NCBI GenBank assembly: GCA_002269645.1
Contig: NIVC01000493.1
Location: 248,001-312,000, forward strand
Direction: 5' to 3'
Length of the DNA stretch: 64,000 nt
Source: Macrostomum lignano
Lineage: Eukaryota
Shown: positions 1 to 12,286 of the stretch, in pieces
Numbering within the stretch: position 1 is the stretch's first letter
How the letters are laid out: the number at the start of each line of letters is the position of its first letter
Program-made: the position numbers and the translations under genes
The notes under the pieces: model-generated
Told to the model about the DNA's origin: nothing
Seen by the model: the letters and a program-made list of their open reading frames with translations, nothing else
The model's database searches: none

Positions 1-640
1 CCCCGATCTGCTCTTTCTCTACCCCCGATCTGCTCTTTCTCTACCCCCGATCTGCTCTTTCTCTACCCCCGATCTGCTCTTTCTCTACCCCGATCTGCTC
101 TTTCTCTACCCCCGATCTGCTCTTTCTCTACCCCTGACCTGCTCTTTCTCTACCCCCGATCTGCTCTTTCTCTACCCCCGATCTGCTCTTTCTCTACCTC
201 CGATCTGCTCTTTCTCTACCCCTGACCTGCTCTTTCTCTACCCCCGATCTGCTCTTTCTCTACCTCCGATCTGCTCTTTCTCTACCCCTGACCTGCTCTT
301 TCTCTACCCCGATCTGCTCTTTCTCTACCCCTGACCTGCTCTTTCTCTACCCCCGATCTGCTCTTTCTCTACCCCCGATCTGCTCTTTCTCTACCTCCGA
401 TCTGCTCTTTCTCTACCCCGATCTGCTCTTTCTCTACCCCCGATCTGCTCTTTCTCTACCCCCGATCTGCTCTTTCTCTACCCCCGATCTGCTCTTTCTC
501 TACCCCTGATCTGCTCTTTCTCTACCCCGATCTGCTCTTTCTCTACCCCCGATCTGCTCTTTCTCTACCCCCGATCTGCTCTTTCTCTACCCCCGATCTG
601 CTCTTTCTCTACCCCTGACCTGCTCTTCTACCCCTGATCT
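1..640. repeat. ~22-bp pyrimidine-rich minisatellite (CCCCGATCTGCTCTTTCTCTAC)n in the last intron of JKAMP
   Basis: About 29 near-identical units read directly; array is truncated by the window start. Confidence 0.95.
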
Positions 641-740
641 GCTTTTCTCCCTACGCCTAATACACTATAACAAATCAGTTTTTCGTGTCTGTCCGTCACT
701 CTGATTTGCCTGTGAAATTTTACCTGCCGATAAATTTCAG

Positions 741-1266
741 CTACTCCATAGTGCTCACATACTATGCCTTCTGTGTCCTGTTCCTGCTGCTGATGCGGCC
801 CGTGGCCTACCGCCTACTGGGTGGCAGTCGCAGATACGTCCTGTACGCGCCAATGTTCCTTTACCCTCTGCTGGCCCTGCTGCACTCAATCTCTGGCGGC
901 CTGCTGTACTTCGCCTTCCCCTATCTGCTGTTGCTGTGCACTCTGCTATCCCACGCCGTGTTCCTGCTGTGCCAAATTGATCCCGAACAGCCTGCGGCGC
1001 AGACCTCGGCTAAATGGATGCTCCGCAATACGCTATTGAAACCGCTAACAGTGCTGCTGCTGCTGGTGCACTGGCTTTTCCTAGGCGTGGCCGTGTTCTC
1101 CATTGTAGCGGCTAAGCCGGCAGACGAGGCTAGCGGTGCGCGCTGGGTGGTGGCCGCTGTGCCGCTGCCCTACCTGCTGTTCGTGGCCACCCTGCGGTTC
1201 AGCCACCCGGATGCCGCCTATATGGCAGGGGATTACGAGGAGAATGCCGAACTGAGGGGCGGCTGA
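741..1266 (+). CDS. JKAMP: JNK1/MAPK8-associated membrane protein (JKAMP/JAMP), final coding exon; upstream exons lie outside the window
   Basis: Acceptor TTTCAG ends at 740. Translation YSIVLTYYAFCVLFLLLMRP..GGLLYFAFPYLLL..LLVHWLF..VPLPYLLFVATLRFSHP matches the JKAMP C-terminal half as I recall it (YTIVFIYYAFCL..MLLRP..GGLLYYAFPYII..SHWLL..LVPTPALFYLFTAKFTEP). Stop TGA at 1264-1266. Confidence 0.88.
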
Positions 1267-1334
1267 ACTGGCTGTTTGTACTTTGTTTACCTGTTCGTTT
1301 AATGTGATGAGAATGCCGGTCTGTGCTCGACTCT

Positions 1335-1680
1335 GGTGATGGTGATGGTGATCTGCTCTTAGTGATGATGATGCTGATGGTGATGATGATGCTGATGATG
1401 ATGGTGATGCTGATGATGATGGTGATGATGCTGATGATGATGGTGATGATGATGGTGATGGTGATGATGGTGATGGGGATGATGATGATGGTGATGATGG
1501 TGATGATGGTGATGATGATGGTGATGGTGATGACGATGATGATGATGATGATGATGCTGGTGATGATGATGATGATGATGATGATAAGAATGCCGGTCTG
1601 TATTCGAATCTGATGATGATGGTGATGATGATTATGATGACGGTGATGATGATGGTGGTGGTGGTGATGATGATGATGAG
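1335..1680. repeat. (GAT/GGT/GCT)n trinucleotide microsatellite, probably in the JKAMP 3' UTR
   Basis: Direct reading. Starts about 70 nt after the stop; candidate AATAAA signals at 1984 and 2123. Confidence 0.9.
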
Positions 1681-2284
1681 AAGGCTTGTCTGTACTCAAA
1701 AAAGCTATTTTATTATTTCCTCTAAGCATAGTATTTTGTTAATATCTCTCCAATCTCAATATTAAAGTGCAGAGAAATATTTAAGTAAAATTAGCTTTAT
1801 ATTGTCTTTTAATGTTAACTTTGATTTTATTAGCTGAATTTAATATGAAAGCTTTATAGACAGTTTTCTCGTATCAATTTTCTGTGAGTGTTTCAATGCT
1901 TGTTGTCTTAACTGCTTTCCCTACTGTCCTTGTATTGACTTGTAACACTGCGGACATGTCTGTCTTGTACATGTAAATTGTAAAATAAAAGGCTTTCATT
2001 TTCTGTTAACAGATTAATTCTGCTTTAATTATTCACCTTATTGTGATAGACTACAAATCATCAATGTCTTTAATGAGTTTTCTTGATTCATATCGGTTTC
2101 CTCGTTACACAGACTCAGGCACAATAAATGCCGATATGTATCGATAATGTACTACAAAGTATCGTAACAGATAGATACTTGCTTACAATTTCAGTACACT
2201 TGTATATGCTACTAAGCTGTGTTTTCTTTCAGTACGATATGGTCTGAAATGTGCAATCCAACACATACCTGACTCTGAAACTGA

Positions 2285-4157
2285 AGTGTCACTGACTCTA
2301 CAAAACCCCCACTGACTCAGCAACTGGACCCTCACTGACTCAGCAACTGGACCCTCACTGACTCAGCAACTGAATCCTCACTGACTCAGCAACTGGACTC
2401 TCACTGACTCAGCAACTGGACCCTCACTGACTCAGCAACTGGACCCTCACTGACTCAGCAACTGAATCCTCACTGACTCAGCAACTGGACCCTCACTGAC
2501 TCAGCAACTGAATCCTCACTGACTCAGCAACTGGACCTTCACTGACTCAGCAACTGAACCCTCACTGACTCAGCAACTGGACCTTCACTGACTCAGCAAC
2601 TGAACCCTCACTGACTCAGCAACTGGACCCTCACTGACTCAGCAACTGGACCTTCACTGACTCAACAACTAAATTCTCACTGACTCAACAACTAAATTCT
2701 CACTGACTCAGCAACTGGACCCTCACTGACTCAGCAACTGGACCTTCACTGACTCAGCAACTGAATCCTCACTGACTCTACAAAACCCCCACTGACTCAG
2801 CAACTGGACCCTCACTGACTCAGCAACTGGACCCTCACTGACTCAGCAACTGGACCTTCACTGACTCAGCAACTGAATCCTCACTGACTTAGCAACTGGA
2901 CCCTCACTGACTCAGCAACTGAATCCTCACTGACTCAGCAACTAAATTCTCATTGACTCAACAACTAAATTCCTCACTGACTCAGCAACTGGACCCTCAC
3001 TGACTCAGCAACTGAATCCTCACTGACTCAGCAACTAAATTCTCATTGACTCAACAACTAAATTCCTCACTGACTCAGCAACTGGACCTTCACTGACTCA
3101 GCAACTGAATCCTCACTGACTCAGCAACTGAACCCTCACTGACTCAGCAACTGGACCCTCACTGACTCAGCAACTGAACTCTCAGACTCAGCAACTGGAC
3201 CCTCACTGACTCAGCAACTGAACTCTCAGACTCAGCAACTGAACTCTCACTGACTCAACAACTAAATTCTCACTGACTCAACAACTAAATTCTCACTGAC
3301 TCAGCAACTGGACCCTCACTGACTCAGCAACTGGACCTTCACTGACTCAGCAACTGAATCCTCACTGACTCTACAAAACCCTCACTGACTCAGCAACTGG
3401 ACCCTCACTGACTCAGCAACTGGACCTTCACTGACTCAGCAACTGAATCCTCACTGACTTAGCAACTGGACCCTCGCTGACTCAGCAACTGAATCCTCAC
3501 TGACTCAGCAACTAAATTCTCATTGACTCAACAACTAAATTCCTCACTGACTCAGCAACTGGACCCTCACTGACTCAGCAACTGAATCCTCACTGACTCA
3601 GCAACTAAATTCTCATTGACTCAACAACTAAATTCCTCACTGACTCAGCAACTGGACCTTCACTGACTCAGCAACTGTATCCTCACTGACTCAGCAACTG
3701 AACCCTCACTGACTCAGCAACTGAACTCTCAGACTCAGCAACTGGACCCTCACTGACTCAGCAACTGAACTCTCAGACTCAGCAACTGGACCCTCACTGA
3801 CTCAGCAACTGAACTCTCAGACTCAGCAACTGGACCCTCACTGACTCAGCAACTGAACTGTCAGACTCAGCAACTGAACTCTCACTGACTCAACAACTAA
3901 ATTCTCACTGACTCAACAACTAAATTCTCACTGACTCAGCAACTGAACTCTCAGACTCAGCAACTGAACTCTCACTGACTCAACAACTAAATTCTCACTG
4001 ACTCAACAACTAAATTCTCACTGACTCAACAACTAAATTCTCACTGACTCAACAACTAAATTCTCACTGACTCAACAACTAAATTCTCACTGACTCAACA
4101 ACTAAATTCTCACTGACTCAACAACTAAATTCTCACTGACTCAGCAACTGAACTCTC
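2285..4157. repeat. 23-bp minisatellite (CCCTCACTGACTCAGCAACTGGA)n, roughly 80 units
   Basis: Direct reading. Variant units form repeating blocks. Confidence 0.95.
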
Positions 4158-4574
4158 ACCACATAGCCTGAAGACTCTGATTTTTTCAAACGTCACCTAT
4201 AATAATATAACAAATGAATTTTATGAGCAGTTTTAATTTTTACCAATATTTTCTATGCATTCTACTGACAGTAGTTCGAACTTTCAAACAAATTTTCCTG
4301 ATCAACCAAATACTTTGAAGGTTAAATCAAGATCTTTCTCAACTTTCTCATACAGGCGTTCAACAGTTGATACACCAGATATTCAAACTCAGCTCTTTGT
4401 TTCAAATAGCACTTTAATTTCTACTAATAAAATTTAATCAGTAGTTTGTTATGCTCGTTTTATTCTTAGCACTCCATAATTTCACAGCTGCAAATGCTTA
4501 CTGCATCTCCACTCTGCAGAATCTCGCCTGGAAAATAATCTCACCCTGTACGGTAAAATCTCACTGTATAACAG

Positions 4575-5150
4575 GATCTCACCCTCATCAGTCTCATCCG
4601 TCTCATCCTATCGGATCTCACCCTGCAGAGTCTCATCCTATCGAATCTCACACTGCAGAATCTCGTCCCATCTAATCTTACCTTGTAGAGTCTCATTCTG
4701 TAGAATCTCACCCTGCAGAATCTCGTCCCATCTAATCTCACCCTGTAGAATCTCGTCCTATCGAATCTCACCCTGCAGAGTCTCATCCCATCGAATCTCA
4801 CCCTGTAGAATCTCGTCCCATCTAATCTCACCCTGCAGAGTCTCATTCTATCGAATCTCACCCTGTAGAGTCTCATCCTATCGAATCTCACCCTGTAGAG
4901 TCTCATCCTATTGAATCTCACCCTGTAGAGTCTCATCCTATCGAATCTCACCCTGTAGAGTCTCATCCTATCGAATCTCACCCTGTAGAGTCTCATCCTA
5001 TTGAATCTCACCCTGTAGAGTCTCATCCTATCGAATCTCACCCTGTAGAGTCTCATCCTATCGAATCTCACCCTGTAGAGTCTCATTCTATCGAATCTCT
5101 CCCTGTAGAGTCTCACCCTCCCGAATCTCGTCTGTAGAGTAAAATCTCGT
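4575..5150. repeat. 30-bp minisatellite (TCACCCTGTAGAGTCTCATCCTATCGAATC)n
   Basis: Direct reading; explains ORF 4541..5158. Confidence 0.93.
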
Positions 5151-5799
5151 CCTTTCAAATAGAAATCTCACATATTGAAACACACTCAGCCCATGGAATC
5201 CAATTTAGTAGACTCTCACCCTTACAGATCTCTCTCTTGACAAGATGGAAAAAATTGACTGTCACTCCATGTAATTTTGCTTTGGTAGATTGAAAAATAA
5301 AAAAATCAGATAAAAAAATACAAGAAATTTAAAAAGAATCGATTGAAACAATCGAAAAGATTTGTTAATCTACAATTTATTTCTTCCATGCCACCGCAAC
5401 CTCCCTTCTGCCAGAAGAAAGTTTTATTCCTATAAAAAAGGAAAGTGTCCCTCTAGCTTGCGCCTCACTTTTGCCAACTAATTGTTTTGTAGGGACATCT
5501 GTGTGTGTTTTGCGACAGACACCAGCCCTAAGGCCACTCTTGTAGGCGTTAGAAAAAATAGTAACCTTAATCTTGAGAATGACCCATGATTTGGATTGAG
5601 AGCTATTCGCATCCCTCATCTTGGTCGCTATGTCTGCTTTTTTACTATATTTTTAATTGCCACTTCAATCGCCATCAAGTGGAAGAGGTTCCTAATTTGT
5701 TGCTATTTGTTAAAACATTTTAAAAATAATGAGCATAGCTTCTTTAATGTGTCTCTGACAGCAGCAGATAACACAGTAACACTGTCCCACACTTGTTTG

Positions 5800-5925
5800 T
5801 GATGCGCCAGTTTGTGTCACTTGTTGTGATTGTTGGCATTTTGTGTCACTTGTTATGATTGTTGGCATTTTGTGTCACTTTTTGTGATTGTTGGCATTTT
5901 GTGTCACTTTTTGTGATTATCTGAT
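5800..5925. repeat. 29-30-bp tandem repeat (TTGGCATTTTGTGTCACTTTTTGTGATTG), about 4 copies
   Basis: Direct reading. Confidence 0.8.
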
Positions 5926-6624
5926 TGTGATTGGCGCCATTTTAAATACAAATTATAGAGCGCGCCCTTTCAAAATAGTTTTCGGCGCGCGCCATTTTCT
6001 GTGGAGTTCATCAGTTAACTGCGTCATTTTGCAAGTTAATTTCGAATTTTTTTAATTGCCGCACGCCTTCTTTGCACTGACAGCTTGCTCCGATTCGCGT
6101 GTGCGGTCGTGCAGGCCCGGCGGTTTTTCCCACGAATTTCGCTGGTCCAGTGTAATATTATTATTAGTGCTATAAACTCGTGGCGCTGCCATTCCCCATG
6201 CTTGCATTGCATTATTTGCTCTGCAGCCTTGATAGAAGTTTTTTTCTAAAATTATTTTAAAAACCGTGGGAAGATTCTCCCGCCGCCAAGATATCTGCGT
6301 TATCAAGGAAGGGGGCGATCCCTAAGAGGTGCTTACTCACGCCGCGGGGGCTGGGGTGGTCGGTGGCTGGCTGCCGGGGCCGTTTACCCCCGATTTGTTG
6401 TCATTCGCAACTTTTCGAAATGCCGGGGCAGGTCTGTGCACTCTTCTAAGGCAAGATTTTTAAGGGAATTAATCCCTGACCCAAACAGTGCTAGTGAAGC
6501 TGCTCAGTCAGAGAGGTCATTTTCGCATGGGTTGAAAAATATTGACCGGCTGCGGCTGAGAGAGACAGAGAAGTAAGCAAGAGGAAGAGAGGAGACAGAG
6601 AGAAGAGAGGGAGGTTGGAGAGGG

Positions 6625-7440
6625 TGAGATTGGAGAGAAGAGAGGGAGATTGGAGAGAAGAGAGGTAGATTGGAGAGAAGAGAGGGAGATTGGAGAGAAG
6701 AGAGGTAGATTGGAGAGAAGAGAGGTAGATTGGAGAGAAGAGAGGGAGATTGGAGAGAGGAGAGGGAGATTGGAGAGAAGAGAGGGAGATTGGAGAGAAG
6801 AGAGGGAGATTGGAGAGAAGAGAGGGAGATTGGAGAGAAGAGAGGGAGATTGGAGAGAGGAGAGGGAGATTGGAGAGAAGAGAGGTAGATTGGAGAGAAG
6901 AGAGGGAGATTGGAGAGAAGAGAGGGAGATTGGAGAGAAGAGAGGGAGATTGGAGAGAAGAGAGGGAGATTGGAGAGAAGAGAGGGAGATTGGAGAGAAG
7001 AGAGGGAGATTGGAGAGAAGAGAGGGAGATTGGAGAGAGGAGAGGGAGATTGGAGAGAGGAGAGGGAGATTGGAGAGAAGAGAGGTAGATTGGAGAGAAG
7101 AGAGGGAGATTGGAGAGAGGAGAGGGAGATTGGAGAGAAGAGAGGGAGATTGGAGAGAAGAGAGGGAGATTGGAGAGAGGAGAGGGAGATTGGAGAGAGG
7201 AGAGGGAGATTGGAGAGAGGAGAGGCAGAGAGGAGAGAGAGGTGAGGGAGAGAGGAGATGGGAGAGAGGAGATAGGAGAGGGAGAGATGAAAGGGAGAGG
7301 AGAGGGAGAGAGGAGAGGGAGAGAGGAGATGGGAGAGAGGAGATGGGAGAGAAGAAATTGGAGAGAGGAGATGGGAGAGAGGAGAGGGAGAGAGGAGAGG
7401 GAGAGAGAAGGAAGAGAGGAGAGTGAGATGGGAGAAGTAA
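6625..7440. repeat. 20-bp GA-rich minisatellite (GGAGAGAAGAGAGGGAGATT)n grading into degenerate GA repeat
   Basis: Direct reading. Confidence 0.95.
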
Positions 7441-8087
7441 ATGGGAGAGTGTAGAGCATTAGAGGGAGATCGGAGGGGTGTGGTGAGAGGGGCGAGACAA
7501 GCCATACGGAGGCTTAGGGGGCAGCTGGGGAGGTTAGCAACAAACCCAAGACAAAGGCAGACGGTTGTTTTTCGCATTTTATTTTGCCTCCCACACTGTC
7601 CTTTGCCCAATGTCCTTAAACATTATAAACTTCAGTTCTTAGGCTATAGGATTTGTTTTGATGCACTGAATTTTACCCCGCCAGTCGCGGTAAACACGCG
7701 CAGTCCATGCAGAGCTTTCCGAAAGCTTGAAAACACTTTTTATCCCCAAGTAGAAAAAGTTCCCACAAAAATATGAAATCGCGCACAAGCAAGTATTTTA
7801 TTGTATTGTTGCGAAAAGTTTGAATAAGTTTCGCGTCAGCCAAGGGTGGAAAGATTTTATTTCGTAGATCGCTATCTATCTTTTCGGAAGGATCTTTCCT
7901 TTTTTAAGCCGCAACCCCAGCCAAACCCGTTCTTGCCGGGATCCTCGCTAATAATGTGTGTTATTGTCACATGGCCACATGTTGAATCGTGTTGGAGCGT
8001 GGCTCAGAGGGCATTGGACACTGTGAATGAAAATCTCGTCTTTTTCAAGCTGGGTGGACTGCTGAGCCACCTTTGGGAATGGCTTGT

Positions 8088-9119
8088 GAGATAGATTTTT
8101 AGCGCCGGTAGGCCAGATTTTAGCGCCAATTTAGCGCCGGTAGGCCAGATTTTAGCGCCAATTTAGCGCCGGTAGGCCAGATTTAGCGCCAATTTAGCGC
8201 CGGTAGAGTCAGGGAGACATATTCTTTACTGAGGGGGTCTTTGACCTCGTTGACCACTTTCAGATGCCCTCCCTAATAGAATTATGCGTTTTTCAAAAGG
8301 GGCGGTTGACCCCTCTACCCCCTCCTGCTCCAAAACTATTCGCTGGTTGATGTGTAAAGTTTTAAAATGTTCTCGAAACTTCGAAACTTCTATATATGAA
8401 AGCAGAAGATTTGATTCCGCTTTTAAATGAGATCGAGTTGATAAAAATGCTAAAAATCCAAAACAGATTTTTTGGTCAATTTTAAAGTATGATTCGGAAG
8501 AGTAGCCAAGGACAATCATTAAAGTTTGGAATCTTAATTTTACATGCACAATAATTCATGTACAGAAAGGGAAACGGGAAAATCACTTTGAAAACTACAA
8601 ACTTGTCTGCCGGCGCTAAATTAGCGCTACAATCTTGCCTGACGGCGCTAAATTAGCTCTACAATCTTGTCTGACGGCGCTAAATTAGCGCTACAATCTT
8701 GTCTGACGGCGGTAAATTAGCGCTACACTATTGTCTGACGGCGCTAAATTAGCGCTACAATCTTGTCTGACGGCGCTAAATTAGCGCTACAATATTGTCC
8801 ACCGGCGCTAAATTGGCGCTAGCATCTTGTCTGCCGGCGCTAAATTAGCGCTACAATCTTGTCTGCCGGCGCTAAAATCTTTTTTTGCAGGCGCTATCAG
8901 ATAAATTAGCACTAAAATCTCTGCCTGACGGCGCTAAATTGGCGCTAGCATCTTGTCCACCGGCGCTAAATTAGCGCTACAATCTTGTCCACCGGCGCTA
9001 AATTAGCGCTACAATCTTTTTTGCCGGCGCAAAATTAGCGCTACAATCTAGTCTGCCGGTGCTAAATTGGCGCTAACATCTAGTCTGCCGGCGCTAAATT
9101 GGCGCTAAAATGTATGCTC
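8088..9119. mobile_element. Foldback-like non-autonomous DNA element: inverted terminal arrays of a ~32-bp unit around a ~400-bp core
   Basis: Left array (8092-8205; TTAGCGCCAATTTAGCGCCGGTAGGCCAGAT) is the reverse complement of the right array (8605-9112; ATCTAGTCTGCCGGCGCTAAATTGGCGCTAA). No clear TSD found. Confidence 0.55.
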
Positions 9120-9952
9120 GGGCGGCGAGTCTTATTGTAACAAAGTATGTGTCACTCACAATACCATTGATCTGGGTGCTGTGGCTCCGGCCTGTGACCA
9201 GCAAGACTGAGGCGGATTTCGCATCCGGACAAGTAATCCCATTTTTCAATATCTAAATCCTTTTGTTATCCACTCAGGCTGCGCTTTTCAGTCGCGCGAC
9301 TTAAAGTTGAAGACTCAAAGCAACAGCAGCGTGCATTCCCCGTGGCTCGGCTTGGCGCTAAGCCTCCCCCCCTAATTCCCTGGGCCTCCAATGCAAAATG
9401 TGAGAATACGGGACTTAGCAAGGGCGCTCTCTCGATCTACATTGGCTTTCTGAACTGAGTCAGGGGCACGCGAATGAATGCTTTTACAACACCTTTGAAT
9501 CGCTGTTTAATTCCCTTGTACTCAAAGTTTTTAAATAGTATATACCATGTCTTCTTGGGAATTTATCCCATTGGGAAAATATTCCCGTGCAAATACTGCC
9601 CGTGCCGCAGCAGCTTTACAAAACTGCGGAGAGAAAAGTTTTATTGCCCAATGCTCAGCGGGGGGCATAAATCTGCCATTGTGCTCTGCTCAGGCTCGGC
9701 AATATTTTCCCACGGCTACAGATCGGACACGACGACTCACCCCTCAGCCAAGGACCACTGCAGTCATGACAGGGACTCCTTCCAAAAACCTCACTGTCTG
9801 CACGAAACTCTCGATATTTTTGGAACAGAAAGAACCGATTTTGACAAATTTTGGTCTCGTTTTGATGCAGACGGCTTATTTTTAAGCGTGGCTGGATTTC
9901 CTTTTTACTGCTTATTTTGTTTTAAAAATAGCTCCTTTAAGTGAATTTAGTT

Positions 9953-10137
<185 letters not shown>

Positions 10138-11044
10138 TTTTCTCAGTTACTTAAATTCTTTGCAATCTTGAGGGAGTGTCACCTCCAAGTTTGCAGAGGT
10201 CCTTGCCCCATCCCATATTGATTCATTGGTTCACATTGAACGAACTCTCGATATTAAAATCGTTCTCCGCCAACTGGAATGTTCCCTCAGTTCAGTTCAC
10301 ACCTTGGCTTGGCTCCACCCCCCCCCCCCCCCTGGTATCCGAGGCCCCGGCTGCGTGGGAGGGAGGCAGCCCGCATTGATATATATTTTTAAACCCTCGG
10401 ACTCGAACCCGAAAAAAGTTCTCCATGTCATTAGGAAGGCGGGGGGTTGAATAGGCGGGTTCGGTTCGGCATCCTTGGAGCCTTGGCCGCAGCCTCACAA
10501 ATTACAAGCGTATTTGAGAATGCCAATTTCTCTTCCTCGAATCCATCCGGTATTGCAGCGGGGACTCGCTGAGAAAATTGCTAGCCATAAACCCGGGTGT
10601 TGGGATCAGGTTGTTTTTAGCGTTCAACTTTTTCTAACGCGAAAGCGATCTGCCTCTGCCTGTTCGTCTCCCGTGGCAATGTCCGGTTGTAATTAACTTT
10701 GGCTATTAGTGTGACTAATAGCTTCGCCATAGCAACTGAACGGATGGATTTTTGAAACCCCCGACAGTCTCGGTAGCTAGGAGACCTAGAGCTATACCCA
10801 AATCCCAAAGATCGATCAACTTATTGAGTTTGTTCGAGCTGGGTCGGCTCCATGTCAGTAATTTTATTATCACGGAGGAGAATAAATTTATTACTTTATT
10901 GCCACTGCATAGATGGACTGTTTTTAGAAACACTTCTGACCTTACCAAATTTGGGTTGGCCGGTCACGTGGTCAGTACCACGTGACTCTCGCATGCTGTG
11001 CTTTGCAGAAGTTTCAGAAATGGCCATTGTGTTATTGATAAGAT

Positions 11045-11470
11045 GAGATATCAAAGGATTATCAAGATGGAGAAGGGAGATCATAGCAGCAGAAAAGGGA
11101 AGGAGATCAGAGGATTATCGGCAGGGGAGGGAGGGAGATCAGAGGATTATCAGCAGAGAAGGGAGGGAGACCAGAGGATTATCGGCAGAGAAGGGAGGGA
11201 GACCAGAGGATTATCGGCAGAGAAGTGAGGGAGATCAGAGGATTATCGGCAGAGGAGGGAGGAGATCAGAGGATTATCGGCAGAGAAGGGAGGGAGATCA
11301 GAGGATTATCGGCAGAGGAGGGGGTAGATCAGAGGATTATCGGCAGAGGAGGGAGGAGATCAGAGGATTATCGGCGGAGAAGGGAGATCAGAGGATTATC
11401 GGCGGAGAAGGGAGATCAGAGGATTATCGGCAGAGAAGGGAGATCAGAGGATTATCGGCAGAGAAGGGGA
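11045..11470. repeat. ~30-bp purine-rich minisatellite (GGGAGATCAGAGGATTATCGGCAGAGAAGG)n
   Basis: Direct reading. Confidence 0.9.
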
Positions 11471-12074
11471 TCACAGGAGGGAGGTAGGGATGAGAGAGAG
11501 AACCCAGTGTGACGGTGATGGAAATTGAGGGTGAGAACGGCAACGGCCGCTGCTGTTTTGTCTAGCGCAGCATCCCTGGGGGCTGCTCCATCACTCAATT
11601 TATTGAGCTGATTGAACAACTCCGAGGTTCAATAAATAACCTGCGAAATGTTTATGACCCTTCAGGCAATTAGAAGCAGTTCGCAGTTAGGATGGCACAC
11701 TGGCAGGTCATAGGCTGACAGTACCATGCTGCAATGATTGCGCAACACAGTTGTCTGTCAATGAGAGGAGCTCTCGTGTGTTGTTGAAGCATGCTGCTGA
11801 AATCTGAAAATGTGCGACAATGTTATAGTATTATTGTCCACGGGTTCAATTCGAAATCTCGAACTCAAATATCAACTTTAGACACGAGTTCTCTCATGTC
11901 AATCCATTCGCACTTTTTAATGACTGACTTGTTTGACTCACTTTCTATAAGCTATTATCGCAACTCTGTGTGTCTCCTATGGTTATCCGTCAGATCGTTT
12001 GAGTATCTTAGCTTGTCTTCTTGTTCCACCCTGATTGCTCACACTCCCTCTCTCCCTCACTCTTAAGCGAGATC

Positions 12075-12286
12075 TCACTAATTTTCAATCATGGACTCAC
12101 TCATTCAATCATGAACTCACTCATTTTCAATCATGGACTCACTCATTTTCAATCATGGACTCACTCATTTTCAATCATGGACTCACTCATTTTCAATCAT
12201 GGACTCACTCATTCAATCATGAACTCACTCATTCAATCATGAACTCACTCATTCAATCATGGACTCACTCATTCAATCATGGACTC
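12075..12286. repeat. 21-22-bp minisatellite (TCAATCATGGACTCACTCATT)n
   Basis: Direct reading. Confidence 0.9.

Noticed and set aside
1199-1729. Poly-His/poly-Ile and poly-Met ORFs
   Set aside because: Translations of the (GAT)n microsatellite downstream of the JKAMP stop.
2285-4157. Regularly spaced 20-49-bp repeats throughout the window as CRISPR arrays
   Set aside because: Units are head-to-tail with no unique spacers, no cas genes are present, and the context is spliceosomal eukaryotic genes.
6491-7610. Long Leu/Ser/Pro or Glu/Arg/Gly ORFs here and at 14831-16384, 22485-24804, 42998-44191 and 45204-46917
   Set aside because: Stop-free frames of GA/CT satellites, open in several frames at once, with no domain content.
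10963-10986. Helitron 3' hairpin
   Set aside because: No CTRR terminus about 10-12 nt beyond the hairpin on either strand.
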